A DNA stretch of 64,000 bases from Leptonemataceae bacterium. GTDB lineage: Bacteria; Spirochaetota; Leptospiria; Leptospirales; Leptonemataceae. The stretch covers positions 2,528,001 to 2,592,000 of the forward strand of contig OZ245742.1 in assembly GCA_965227295.1 (NCBI GenBank), in the 5' to 3' direction. Below are positions 10,240 through 20,000 of this stretch, one piece after another. Both the position numbers and the translations under genes were made by a program. The notes below the pieces were generated by a model. That model was not told the DNA's origin and ran no database searches. It saw only the letters and a list, made by a program, of their open reading frames with translations. Every line of letters starts with the position of its first letter. Positions within the stretch are counted from its first letter, which is position 1.

Positions 10240-10647
10240 TCACGTCGATTCCTCCGCATCCTCCCCGAACGAAAGCAAATGCCCGTCCGGATCGCGCAGG
10301 CTGAACTCCAGCATTCCGTAGAACGTCGTCTCCAATGGCGTAACATCACATCCGCGTGACTTAAGCGAGGCGTGTAGAGCACGGACATCTTCCGGATAAA
10401 AGTAATAGATCGCGGAAAAATCGTGTTTGTCCCCGCCGGGGAGCGTGTGCGGGAGGGCCGGCCCCGCTTCGGTGCCCGCGAGCATGAGTAGCACCGGGCC
10501 CGCGCGGAGTTGGGCCCAGTTCCATTCGCGGATGGTGTCGGCTTCCGTGAGGACTTCGAAGCCCAGGGCGTCGCGATAAAAGGCGAGGCTGCGCCGGACA
10601 TCCTGCACGGCGATCATGGGAATCATGTTGCGGTAGGCTACGGTCAT
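10240..10647 (-). CDS. VOC/glyoxalase/bleomycin-resistance family protein
   Basis: VQDVRRSLAFYRDALGF and YGMLEFSLRDPDGHLLSF. Confidence 0.9.
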   Translation of the reverse strand: MTVAYRNMIPMIAVQDVRRSLAFYRDALGFEVLTEADTIREWNWAQLRAGPVLLMLAGTEAGPALPHTLPGGDKHDFSAIYYFYPEDVRALHASLKSRGCDVTPLETTFYGMLEFSLRDPDGHLLSFGEDAEEST

Positions 10648-10735
10648 GGCTCAGGCTGTGCTGCGGATTCGCGCCGTCCAGTACTTGCGGCATTTTGCTT
10701 GACCCGGCCGTCCCCGGCAGGGCCCCTGAAGAACG

Positions 10736-11236
10736 ATGGCGAGCAAACGCAAGAAGACCGGCAAGTCCACCGGTTCGAAAAAGAAAAAGTCTTCCACAAA
10801 GTCCCGGTCGTCGAAGTCCGGCGGATCGTCCCGGCCCCGGCCCCCGTCCCAGGCCGTGCGGGCCGCCCTGAAGGACGAAGGGATCGACGACATCACCCTG
10901 CTCAATGTCCACAAGTACCCGGAGTCCGTACCGTCCTCCGTCGTTTCCTTCGTGCGCAACGACCGCAATTCCCAGCGCCGGCTGGAGGAATTGATCAAGG
11001 GCCTGCCGGGCGGCAAGCGCGGCCAGAGCAGCTTCAATCAATTGTTCCAGCAAAAGATGGATGAGAACCCGGCACCGCCGCCGTCCACCCGCCGTTCCGG
11101 CGATGAAGAAGGCGACGAGAGTCAGGAGGAGGCCCCGGCCTCCGGCGGCGGCGACATCCAGCCCGCCGAGTATCGTCCCCGGGCCGGCGGGGAGTCCGGC
11201 GGCGTCGGCGGATTTTTACGGAAACTCTTTTCGTGA
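10736..11236 (+). CDS. Hypothetical low-complexity protein with C-terminal amphipathic helix
   Basis: Lys/Ser-rich N-terminus, acidic linker, ends GGFLRKLFS. Stop overlaps the hom start (GTGA). Confidence 0.65.
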   Translation: MASKRKKTGKSTGSKKKKSSTKSRSSKSGGSSRPRPPSQAVRAALKDEGIDDITLLNVHKYPESVPSSVVSFVRNDRNSQRRLEELIKGLPGGKRGQSSFNQLFQQKMDENPAPPPSTRRSGDEEGDESQEEAPASGGGDIQPAEYRPRAGGESGGVGGFLRKLFS

Positions 11237-12537
11237 AACCACTGGGCATCGGCATCCTCGGCCTCGGCACCGTCGGTCGCGGTCTGCTGCAAATCCTGCG
11301 CGAACAGGCGACGCTTCTGCGTTCTCGTTCGGGTCTTGAAATGCAGGTGCGTCACGTCTTCGATCGTTCCTGGCAGAAGAAGCTGGAGATCCTGGGCGAC
11401 ACCCCGGCCTCGGACAATCTCGAAGAAGTCCTGCGCCATCCGGACATCGACGTCGTCGTCGAACTCATCGGCGGCATCGAGCCGGCCTACGATTACGTAC
11501 GCGAGGCGTTACGTCGCGGCAAACACGTGGTGACCGCGAACAAGGCGTTGCTCGCGCGCCACGGTAACGAACTCTTTCAACTTGCATACGAACAAAAGCT
11601 GAACATCGGCTTCGAGGCGGCCGTGGCCGGAGCATTGCCGGTCATTCGTAACATGCGCCGATCTTTCATTACGGATAATGTCAGCACCATCGTCGGCATT
11701 CTCAACGGCACGAGTAATTTCATTCTCACGCGCATGATGGACGACGACATGGATTACGACGAGGCCCTGGCGCTCGCCCAGGAACGCGGCTTCGCCGAGG
11801 CGGATCCCACGTTCGATGTCGGCGGATACGACGCCGCGCAGAAGCTCGCGATCCTCGCGGCCCTGGCCTTCGATACTTCGATCTCCGAGGACGCGGTGGT
11901 GGTCGAGGGCATCGATCGCATTCGCCACATCGATCTCGACTTCGCCGCGGGATTGCGGCGCGTGGTGCGCCCGCTGTCCATCGCGAAACGTGACCCGGAC
12001 GGTCGCATCTCCCTGCGCGTGCATCCCGGAATGATTCCCGGAGACCATCCGCTTGCGACCATCGACGAAGAACGCAACGCCGTATTGATGGAGACGTCCA
12101 ACAGCGGACCCTCGTTGATCATGGGGCTGGGTGCCGGCGCGCGGCCGACGGCGGCGGCGGTGATCAGCGACCTGGTTTTTCTGGGCGGTTGTCATCCCGA
12201 GCATTCGCAGATCTGGTTATCCGGTTCCGAACCTCCGCAATTGGTTACGGAGTACGAGTATCGGTTTTATCTGCGCTTCGAAACGGAAGATCGTCCCGGC
12301 GTGCTGGCGGAGATTGCCGGCATCCTGGCGAAAGAGGATATCTCGATCGCCCAGGTGCATCAGAACGAAGCGGCGGAGCCGGCGAACATCGTCGTGGTCA
12401 CTCACTCCGCGGATGAGGCGGCGTTGTTTCGCGCCCTCGATACGATCAACGATCTCAGCTCGGTGCTGGCCCCGGCGACGTTCATTCGCATGAAAGAAGA
12501 TTTTCAGGAAGACTTCGAGGAAGATTGGAGCCCCTGA
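11233..12537 (+). CDS. hom: Homoserine dehydrogenase with ACT domain
   Basis: GLGTVG, VVTANKALLA, FEAAVAGALP, GILNGTSN, AEADPTFD, and C-terminal ACT DRPGVLA. Confidence 0.96.
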   Translation: MKPLGIGILGLGTVGRGLLQILREQATLLRSRSGLEMQVRHVFDRSWQKKLEILGDTPASDNLEEVLRHPDIDVVVELIGGIEPAYDYVREALRRGKHVVTANKALLARHGNELFQLAYEQKLNIGFEAAVAGALPVIRNMRRSFITDNVSTIVGILNGTSNFILTRMMDDDMDYDEALALAQERGFAEADPTFDVGGYDAAQKLAILAALAFDTSISEDAVVVEGIDRIRHIDLDFAAGLRRVVRPLSIAKRDPDGRISLRVHPGMIPGDHPLATIDEERNAVLMETSNSGPSLIMGLGAGARPTAAAVISDLVFLGGCHPEHSQIWLSGSEPPQLVTEYEYRFYLRFETEDRPGVLAEIAGILAKEDISIAQVHQNEAAEPANIVVVTHSADEAALFRALDTINDLSSVLAPATFIRMKEDFQEDFEEDWSP

Positions 12538-12905
12538 GCTTTCGCATTGTGCGCCATGACCTTCCGGACGGGTCCGCACACTTTGACGTCTTTCTGCTGA
12601 CGCCGGAAGATCCGCTGCCCACCCTGGAGCTGGCGGATGCGCCGCAACTCCGGAAACTCCTGGCCGACGGTGGGGCAGACGTCGGCGGGCCCTGGGTTGC
12701 CCGCGCCGTGGTGGGGGGCGACGCGGGTTTTTCCGCGGTCCGTAAGGCCGACCACCGGGGCATCTACCGGGAGTACCAGGGGCCGATTTCCGGCGGTCGC
12801 GGCGAAATACGCGAGGTCGGCCGGGGACGCTGGGAGGCGGCGGTTCCGGAAAATCCCGGCGACAGCGTGTGGATTTCCCTTGAATCGTTGCCTGGGATTG
12901 GCTAA
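12525..12905 (+). CDS. LigD 3'-phosphoesterase (LigD_N)-like stand-alone protein
   Basis: H...HFD and DHRGIYREYQG...RG...GRW resemble the LigD PE motifs (HxD; DHxxxYxxFEG). Confidence 0.6.
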   Translation: MEPLSFRIVRHDLPDGSAHFDVFLLTPEDPLPTLELADAPQLRKLLADGGADVGGPWVARAVVGGDAGFSAVRKADHRGIYREYQGPISGGRGEIREVGRGRWEAAVPENPGDSVWISLESLPGIG

Positions 12906-13010
12906 TTTTGGCGCGTGGTGCGCTTTTTTTATGGTGGAAGGGCCCGGATTCGATAAAATTCGACAGCCGACGTATAATTCTTTCGTCCTATTTTCTCAGC
13001 AGGTGATGGG

Positions 13011-13469
13011 ATGGGACTTCAATCAACCGCCGAAACCGGGGCGTCACGGCCGCCTCTGAATTCTCTGATGCGCGAAGCAGAATCGTTCTGGAACGGAGAC
13101 AGTCCGGGCAACCTGGTGTTCCCCGACTTGCAGCTCGCCTTCGAAAAGGGCGAGGGCGCCGCGAAGCCATGTCTTGTCGTGCACTTCATCGGCAAGATCA
13201 GCAACAGCAACTCCTACGAACTCAACCGCAAAACCCACGTATTCTTTGAACACCAGTATCCCATGATCTTCGACCTCTCGCGCCTCGAGTACATCAACTC
13301 CAGCGGCGTGGCGATCCTCTTCTCCGTCTTCTTTCGTTCGCAACAGAACGGCCACCGCCTCATCATCGGCGGTGTTCATCCCTTCCTCAAACGCGTGTTT
13401 AACTTAATGGATCTGCCGGACGGCCTCGTTGTGCTTGACAGCCTTGCCGAAGCCAGGGCCACGATCTAA
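13011..13469 (+). CDS. STAS-domain protein (anti-sigma factor antagonist)
   Basis: IFDLSRLEYINSSGVAIL. Confidence 0.88.
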   Translation: MGLQSTAETGASRPPLNSLMREAESFWNGDSPGNLVFPDLQLAFEKGEGAAKPCLVVHFIGKISNSNSYELNRKTHVFFEHQYPMIFDLSRLEYINSSGVAILFSVFFRSQQNGHRLIIGGVHPFLKRVFNLMDLPDGLVVLDSLAEARATI

Positions 13470-13495
13470 TCCGGCAAATTCGCCCCGGATTGTCC

Positions 13496-14605
13496 ATGCC
13501 CGTTCCCTTTATTGATCTCAAACGTCTCGAAGACGGCTTCCTCGATCGCTGGATGGAGAAGCTGCGAACCATGTCCGAAAACACCGCCTTCATCGGCGGC
13601 CCCGAAGTCGCACAGCTCGAAGACACTCTGAAAAACGAAAACAACGTCGCTCACGCGATCAGTTGCGCCAACGGCACCGACGCCCTGCAACTGGCTCTCC
13701 GTGCCGCAGGTGTCGGCCGGGGGGATACGGTCCTCCTGCCGGACTTCACGTTCTGGGCCACCTTCGAAGCCGTGGTCAACGTCGGCGCGGACCCCGTTAC
13801 CGTGGACATCGATCCCGCGGAAGTACACCTGGACTTCGATCTCTTCGCGCAGGCCATCGATGAGTACAAACCTAAAGCTGCGATGATCGTACATTTGTAC
13901 GGCTGGGGCCACTCGCGCCTCCAGGACTTCCGCACGCTCTGTAAGGATCGTGGTGTGGTTCTGATCGAAGACGGCGCCCAGGCTTACGGCGTTTCGTACC
14001 GCGGCGAGTCCATCTACAAAGACGCCGACATTTCCACGATCTCGTTCTATCCCGCGAAGGTCTTCGGAGCCGCGGGCGACGCGGGCGCGGTCCTCACGAA
14101 CAACGACGAGTACGCGAAGCGGGTGCGCAGCATGGCCAACCACGGCCGCAGCGAACACTACAGCTACGGCTACGTCGGCTGGAACTCGCGCATGGATTCA
14201 TTCCAGGCGGCGTACCTGAACCTGTCACACGAGTTTCTGGCGCAGCGTCTCGACAGCCGGCGCAAGTCGCAGCAGTACTATCGCGAACGTTTTAAGGACA
14301 GCGGGCTGCGCTGCATCGCCCCGCACTCCGACTACGTAGAGAACGGTTACCTGAACTTAATGCTCTACGATCCCGCGGAGCGCGAGCGCGTGGCCGCCGT
14401 GCTGAAAGAAAAAGGCATCGGCTTTGCGATGGTTTATCCGGGCGCCATGTCGAAGCAGGACGGAGCACAGGGAGAATTCAAAGCGGCCGTCGGCGGCGAA
14501 CACGCCGATCACGCGGCGAAGTCGGTTTTGAACTTGCCACTGTTTCCGTACATGAGCCAGGCCGAGCTGGACGAGGTCGTGGATGTCGTGTTATCGGTGA
14601 AGTGA
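13496..14605 (+). CDS. DegT/DnrJ/EryC1/StrS family PLP aminotransferase
   Basis: ANGTDALQLAL, IEDGAQAYG, SFYPAKVFGAAGDAG, GWNSRMD. Confidence 0.95.
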   Translation: MPVPFIDLKRLEDGFLDRWMEKLRTMSENTAFIGGPEVAQLEDTLKNENNVAHAISCANGTDALQLALRAAGVGRGDTVLLPDFTFWATFEAVVNVGADPVTVDIDPAEVHLDFDLFAQAIDEYKPKAAMIVHLYGWGHSRLQDFRTLCKDRGVVLIEDGAQAYGVSYRGESIYKDADISTISFYPAKVFGAAGDAGAVLTNNDEYAKRVRSMANHGRSEHYSYGYVGWNSRMDSFQAAYLNLSHEFLAQRLDSRRKSQQYYRERFKDSGLRCIAPHSDYVENGYLNLMLYDPAERERVAAVLKEKGIGFAMVYPGAMSKQDGAQGEFKAAVGGEHADHAAKSVLNLPLFPYMSQAELDEVVDVVLSVK

Positions 14606-14616
14606 CTGAAGTATTT

Positions 14617-14761
14617 TTTGCCACAGAGTCACAGAGAGCACAGAGGGAAGGATTGGCGGATAGGATAGATTTGCAGTGATAGCCCCCTTGCAATTTGCGA
14701 ACTCGATGGTAGTATCTCTCATCTAAACAAAACTCTGTGTTCTCTGTGACTCTGTGGCAAA
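14617..14761. repeat. Inverted-repeat intergenic element, family A (CCACAGAG arms)
   Basis: 29-bp arms TTTGCCACAGAGTCACAGAGAGCACAGAG / CTCTGTGTTCTCTGTGACTCTGTGGCAAA (1 mismatch) around an AT-richer spacer. Confidence 0.85.
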
Positions 14762-14783
14762 GAGAGCAGAAGGAAATATTTAC

Positions 14784-15140
14784 ATGCAAAACGTCACTTA
14801 CGCCCTGTTCGCATTCGCCTTCGCCGCTGCGGCGTTGATCGCCTGCGGTACGGGCATGACCGTGGAAGACCTTTCGAACATCAACGAGGACTCCCTGGAC
14901 TCGATCCCTTACCTCGACTCCATCAGCGAGAACTCCACCGAGCCCCTGGCCGACGGCTGCCTGGGTGTAAAGAAGGACGTCGTCGATCGTTTCCCGAAGA
15001 ACCAGCAGGGTGCGAAGGCCGTTTCGAAGATTTGCAGTCACGTGAACCGCAAGCCCTGCAATTCCGAGGATGAGTGCATTGAACGCTGCAAGGCCGCGTG
15101 CAAAGAAGACGCCCTGGCCAAAGCCCTGAGCGGCGGCTGA
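14784..15140 (+). CDS. Small Cys-rich lipoprotein
   Basis: Lipobox LIAC and six further Cys. AAGGA upstream of ATG 14784. Confidence 0.65.
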   Translation: MQNVTYALFAFAFAAAALIACGTGMTVEDLSNINEDSLDSIPYLDSISENSTEPLADGCLGVKKDVVDRFPKNQQGAKAVSKICSHVNRKPCNSEDECIERCKAACKEDALAKALSGG

Positions 15141-15317
15141 TCGGTGTCGTTCTCTGGATGTGTAAACCGAATCCATCTCGCCGCGCTTCGTGTAAGCATG
15201 TGAACATAGCGCGGAAACGCGGCGTCTATCGTCGTCGACTGCGCGAGCCTCGCTTGACGTAACTGTTCCCCTGAACGCTCAATTGTTGCAATTGAACGTA
15301 TTTTGAGGGAAGCCGTC

Positions 15318-17066
15318 ATGGCAAAGGCCTTACAGTCATCCACGTCACAGTCGAAAACCACAACAGCCGCCGCCCGGCGACCGGCATTCGTGCCGAAGAC
15401 GCGAGCTCCATCGGCGCATCGCTTTGCTCCGACCTTCCATGGTGAAGGGCAGGACGTTCAGAGCGAGAATCCGTCCTTGCGTCCCGGGCGGAACGGAGTC
15501 GTCCAGGCCCGCCTGAAGCTCGGAGCGTCGAACGACCCGGCGGAAGCCGAGGCGGATGCGGTCGCCGATCGAGTCATGCGGATGCCCGATGCGAACGGCA
15601 ACGGGACAGCGGAGGCGGTCAGCGAGACCGCCGTGCAGCCATTACGCCGTCAGTCGGACGGCGGAATCCGGCGGACACCCTGGATCCAGCGGGCCTGCGT
15701 GGGAAACTGCGGGGCATGGGTTCCGGATAAAGAGAAGGAGCAGGAGCAATCGTCGACGGTCCGGCCGAAACGCGACGGCGGTTTCGCGGGTGGTGGTACG
15801 TTGGGCGGTTCCGCGGCCGCTTCGATCCATGCGGCTCTGGATGCCGGAGGCAGTCCGCTGCCGGTCGCGGAGCGCCGGTTCTTCGAGCCGCGTTTCGGTG
15901 AAGACCTCAGTGATGTGCGCATCCATACCGGTGCGGGCGCCACGCGGGCGGCGGAGTCGATCCAGGCCCGGGCGTTCGCGTACGGAAACAACATCGTATT
16001 CAACGCGGGCCAGTACCGGCCGGGCTCCACGGAAGGGCGCCGGCTCCTGGCCCACGAGATTGCCCATACCCGCCAGCAAGGCGGCCCCGCCCGGCGTGCG
16101 CCGATCATCCGCCGCCAGGAGGACGGTGACACTTACGAGAAATACTCCGACGACAAAAACACAGGCACGAGCAACATTGCCGAAAAGGTTACTCCCGAGT
16201 GCGTGAAAGAAGCATACCGCGGGCGCATTCGTATGAATGTGAGCGAAGACAAAGGTACAATCCGGGTCACGCTGGACATGCGGCCGTGCGAGCTTGCTGT
16301 CAGTACGTACAAAAATTACCTGTTCTCCCAGGACCAGAGAATCTTCCGTAAGATTCTGGAAGAGTCTTATTCGGATCAGCTGGACGCGTTGCCCGAGCGT
16401 TTCACGGCGGGTGAGGGAGGGCCACTCATTGAGAGCCGTGAGCAGTTTCTAGACTACGCGGAGAAACATTTTGACAACCTTCCGATTCCGAATACGCAAA
16501 ACATCAGCCGCTACGCCACACTCGTGTTGGTCCGGGGCCCGAACAATACGTTCCAGGGAGTCCCGATCCAGAACGGAACCTGCCTTATTGTTGATAATAG
16601 CCCCACAATGTGGGATTCCACGGAACCGAACCATTTGAAGTTCTTGATCGAACAAGCCCTCGCCGGGCTGCCCGGGGGAGCGACTGTGCGTCTGATGCAA
16701 TTCGGCAGCACTTGCGATGGTCCGCTCCAGTCGTACAGCGGTAGCAGCCCGGTGGAACTCGCAGAACAGCTATACCCGAGACTCGGGCTTAGCAACGTAC
16801 AGAGTTCTTCCGCTGTCCCCCCCTCGTCCGATAATTGTGCCGGCGAGAGCGTACCGCTGGACGCAAGCGAGCAAGCGCTGGCCGGCTCCGGGACAGGACG
16901 AGGCTGCGCAGCCCGGGCGATTCATGATCCAGGCTGCAGCAATGTCTTCATATTCACGGACTTACTCAGAAACGCCGCAAACAGATGCCTCTGCGACGCG
17001 GTGGCCGGGGTCGAGAATGTTACTGTCTACAGTCTCAACTCCAGTGGAAACAGTTGCGAGCAATAA
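15318..17066 (+). CDS. DUF4157 (eCIS core) domain protein with C-terminal vWA-like domain
   Basis: NDPAEAEADAVADRVMRM, FFEPRFGEDLSDVRIH, ARAFAYGNNIVF, LLAHEIAHTRQQ. C-terminus has LIVDNSPTM...VRLMQFGS...IFTD. Confidence 0.85.
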   Translation: MAKALQSSTSQSKTTTAAARRPAFVPKTRAPSAHRFAPTFHGEGQDVQSENPSLRPGRNGVVQARLKLGASNDPAEAEADAVADRVMRMPDANGNGTAEAVSETAVQPLRRQSDGGIRRTPWIQRACVGNCGAWVPDKEKEQEQSSTVRPKRDGGFAGGGTLGGSAAASIHAALDAGGSPLPVAERRFFEPRFGEDLSDVRIHTGAGATRAAESIQARAFAYGNNIVFNAGQYRPGSTEGRRLLAHEIAHTRQQGGPARRAPIIRRQEDGDTYEKYSDDKNTGTSNIAEKVTPECVKEAYRGRIRMNVSEDKGTIRVTLDMRPCELAVSTYKNYLFSQDQRIFRKILEESYSDQLDALPERFTAGEGGPLIESREQFLDYAEKHFDNLPIPNTQNISRYATLVLVRGPNNTFQGVPIQNGTCLIVDNSPTMWDSTEPNHLKFLIEQALAGLPGGATVRLMQFGSTCDGPLQSYSGSSPVELAEQLYPRLGLSNVQSSSAVPPSSDNCAGESVPLDASEQALAGSGTGRGCAARAIHDPGCSNVFIFTDLLRNAANRCLCDAVAGVENVTVYSLNSSGNSCEQ

Positions 17067-20000
17067 CTACAAACCCTGGCCGCGCTTGTACTTGCCTTCG
17101 TAATAGTGGAACTGGATCTCATCGGCGAGGAACTTGAAGTACTGATACTTCTCGCTCCCCGGTAGCTGCTTCTCCGCCATCTCGTTCATGGCCTTGATTA
17201 AGTTGCGGCGCTTGAGTTCGTTGTTCCAATCTTTGCGCGGAAAACACACCGCCTGGGGCATGCCCACGATGCGGTTCGATTTCGGTACCATCACCGTCAC
17301 CGCCAGGCTGCTCTTGATGGCTTCGGCGGCGTGTTCGCGCTTTTGTTCCGGTTGTTTGCGCAGTTCGGGCATGGAGCGAATCTCTTCGAGCAGATCGTCC
17401 GGCGAAAGGGCCATGCTCCAGATGCCCTGCGCATCCCGGCTGCCCTTGAAGAGTTTTTTCTCGGCCCGGGTGGCGAGCTTTGCGATGGATACGGTTTCTT
17501 TTTTTTCCTTCTGCGCTTCTTTGCGGGCCTCTTCTTTTGCGGCCTTACGTGCCGCGCGTTCCTCCGGTGAACGGCCGAAGCTCAGCATGCCGCCGATGGC
17601 CCCGGCCAGGCGCTGATCCCAGCTTGCCGACGCTGTCTTCTTTTGCGAGTCGGCGGCTTTCTTGTTTGCGGCGGCTTTTTTCGAACCGCCCGCCGTTTTC
17701 GCCGCGCTATCCAGTTGCAGCGGCGTGTCCGCGTCGAAGCTCGTGTCCGGGACGGAGTCTTCTAAGTTATTTTCACTGTCGGTTAGCCCGACCGGTACGC
17801 TGCCGTCGTCCCAGGCGGGGGTGTCGATATCGTCCAGTACAGTCTCCTGGAAGGTTTCTCCCGCCTCGGTGACGATCCGGCGATGATGTGCGTCCTCCAG
17901 GTCTCCAGCCGGCGATGGTGCTCCGCCCGGTGGTGCCGCTCCGCCCGGTTGCGCTGCCTGCGGCGGAGCGCTGTTTCGCTGCGGCGATGACGTTGCGGTG
18001 TTGCCCCGGGCGGTGGTTTGAGCTATTGTCCCGGCAGGCCGCGTCGTCGGCGGACCCGCGCTACGCCGGGCCGCTTCCGCCGTCTGCGTATGCTGATTGA
18101 GTCGGGCGATGCGTTGCAGGACCGTGCGCTCCGCCGGCGAGGCGTGGGCATAGGCTTTACGCAATTCCTGCAGGGTCGGCGCGTGGTCGGACTTCAGTAA
18201 CTTTCCTACGTTAGAAGTTTGTGGCCGTCTTTTACCCGGCGCGGTGCCGGGGCGTCGACCGCGGGCGGCGCCGTAGCGACGCTGCACGACCTGGCGGAAC
18301 GCGGGGGCCACGGACTTCCGAATGAACTCCGGTGCCTCGTCGAGATTTTGCGCGTCGATCCAACCCTCGGCGGCGCCGGCTTCCAGGATGTGCAGGGCTT
18401 CCAGGGACGCGCGGTACTCGGCCGTATGTTTGCGCTCCCGCGCGAAGATCTCCGGGAAGACGGACGCCGGCGATTTTTTCCCGGCGATCAATCGCGGCAG
18501 TTGGGCGCCGTTGCGCAGAAAGAAACTGCGCGCGCCGCGCTTCGTATCGTCGAGGGAATCATGGGTTTGCGCCATGCGACGATAGCGATCGATGGCCGCG
18601 CGCAGACGGCGGTCGCGCTCGGGATTGAGGATGCGGCGGGAGTGGGCGATGGAATGCAGGGCGGTAAGCATGCGCGCCTTGTTGGCCGCCGTATGCGGGG
18701 CCGCCGTAATGGATGTAAAGGCCTCGTCGAAACGATCGTCGTGGCCGGCGCGCAGTTCCCGGCGCAACCCCTCGGGAGACTCGGGGTTATCCAGGAAAGA
18801 TTGAAAGAGCGTCTTGCGTTTGTCCCGGTCCTTTTCCTGGAGGGCCGTGCTGAGGGCCGCGGCGGCCGCGTTGCTGCGGCGTTCGCGTTCCACGGAACGG
18901 CGTTTTTCCGCGAAGCTTTCGCCGGGCAGATCGATGCCGGCCGCTTCGAATTCGGTAATGCGTTTGATCTTTGCGGCGTGGTCTCCGGCGCTCTCGACGG
19001 TCTGGTGAAAGAGATACGTCAACCCGGCCTGTTCCCGCCAGGGCTCCGGCGTATCTCCTCCGGCCGGCGGGCTCTCCGCTTCTTCTCGCAGGCGTTCCAG
19101 TACCGCCGCCCGCTCCGCCGGCGGCGCGGCGACGTCGTTTAGAATGCTTTCAGCAAATGTTAAGGCCTGCGCCGGATTTTCCACAAATAGCCGGCGGACC
19201 TCTTCGGCGCGAGCGCTGACGCTTTCGTCCGTAAGATTCGGCGGTGCCGGTTCGCCCGCGTCGAAGGCGGCGATTTCGTTGCGCACGCGTTCCACCGGAT
19301 CGTAGGCGTGGCTGCGCCGCAGGGTTTTCAGAACGCTGTCGATGTTCGGAACGGCGGGGGCGGCACCGTCCGTCTGGTCCGCATGTTGATCCTCCGCCTC
19401 TTCTCGATCCAGGCGTTCGCCCACGGCCGCCAGCTCCGCCCCGCGCAGGCGGGCTTCCACGGCTCTGCGCGCGCGGCTGTGTTCGGGCAGGCTTTCTTTC
19501 AGCGCCGCCAGGATGCGCTGTTGTTTATGCAACGGTTCCCGGGCGATTTCGTCGAAGACCCGGGCGTCGAACTGCTGCTCGACGATGTTTTGATAAATCG
19601 TAAAGATGGTGGGCCAGATGGACTGGAACGTTTCGTCCTGCAGGCGTTCGCGCAGATAGTCGAGTTGCGCGGCGATGACGTCCACGGGTTCGCCGCCGGC
19701 CCGCCGGATTTCCGCTAACTTCTGATGAATCATGTTTAACAGCCGCGGCGTTTCTTCGCGCAGGCTATTGCGATAGTTTACCAGGCGGGGAATGAGATGC
19801 GGCTCGCGTTCGCGAACGGCCGGATCCTTTTCCAGTTCGGCGATGAGATGATCCACGAAGGTGCGCATCTCGGGGATCGTGAGGCGGCGGGCCAACGAAG
19901 ACAGCAGGGCGAAGATGCGCGCAAAGAGTCCGTCGGCGTCTTCTAAGATTTCCCGGAGCTGCGGGTGATAGCGTCGATAGAGTTCGTCGCCGAGGCCGCG

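Noticed and set aside
9913..10359. 148-aa ORF over the intergenic repeats
   Set aside because: It translates palindromic repeat DNA and overlaps the VOC gene on the opposite strand.
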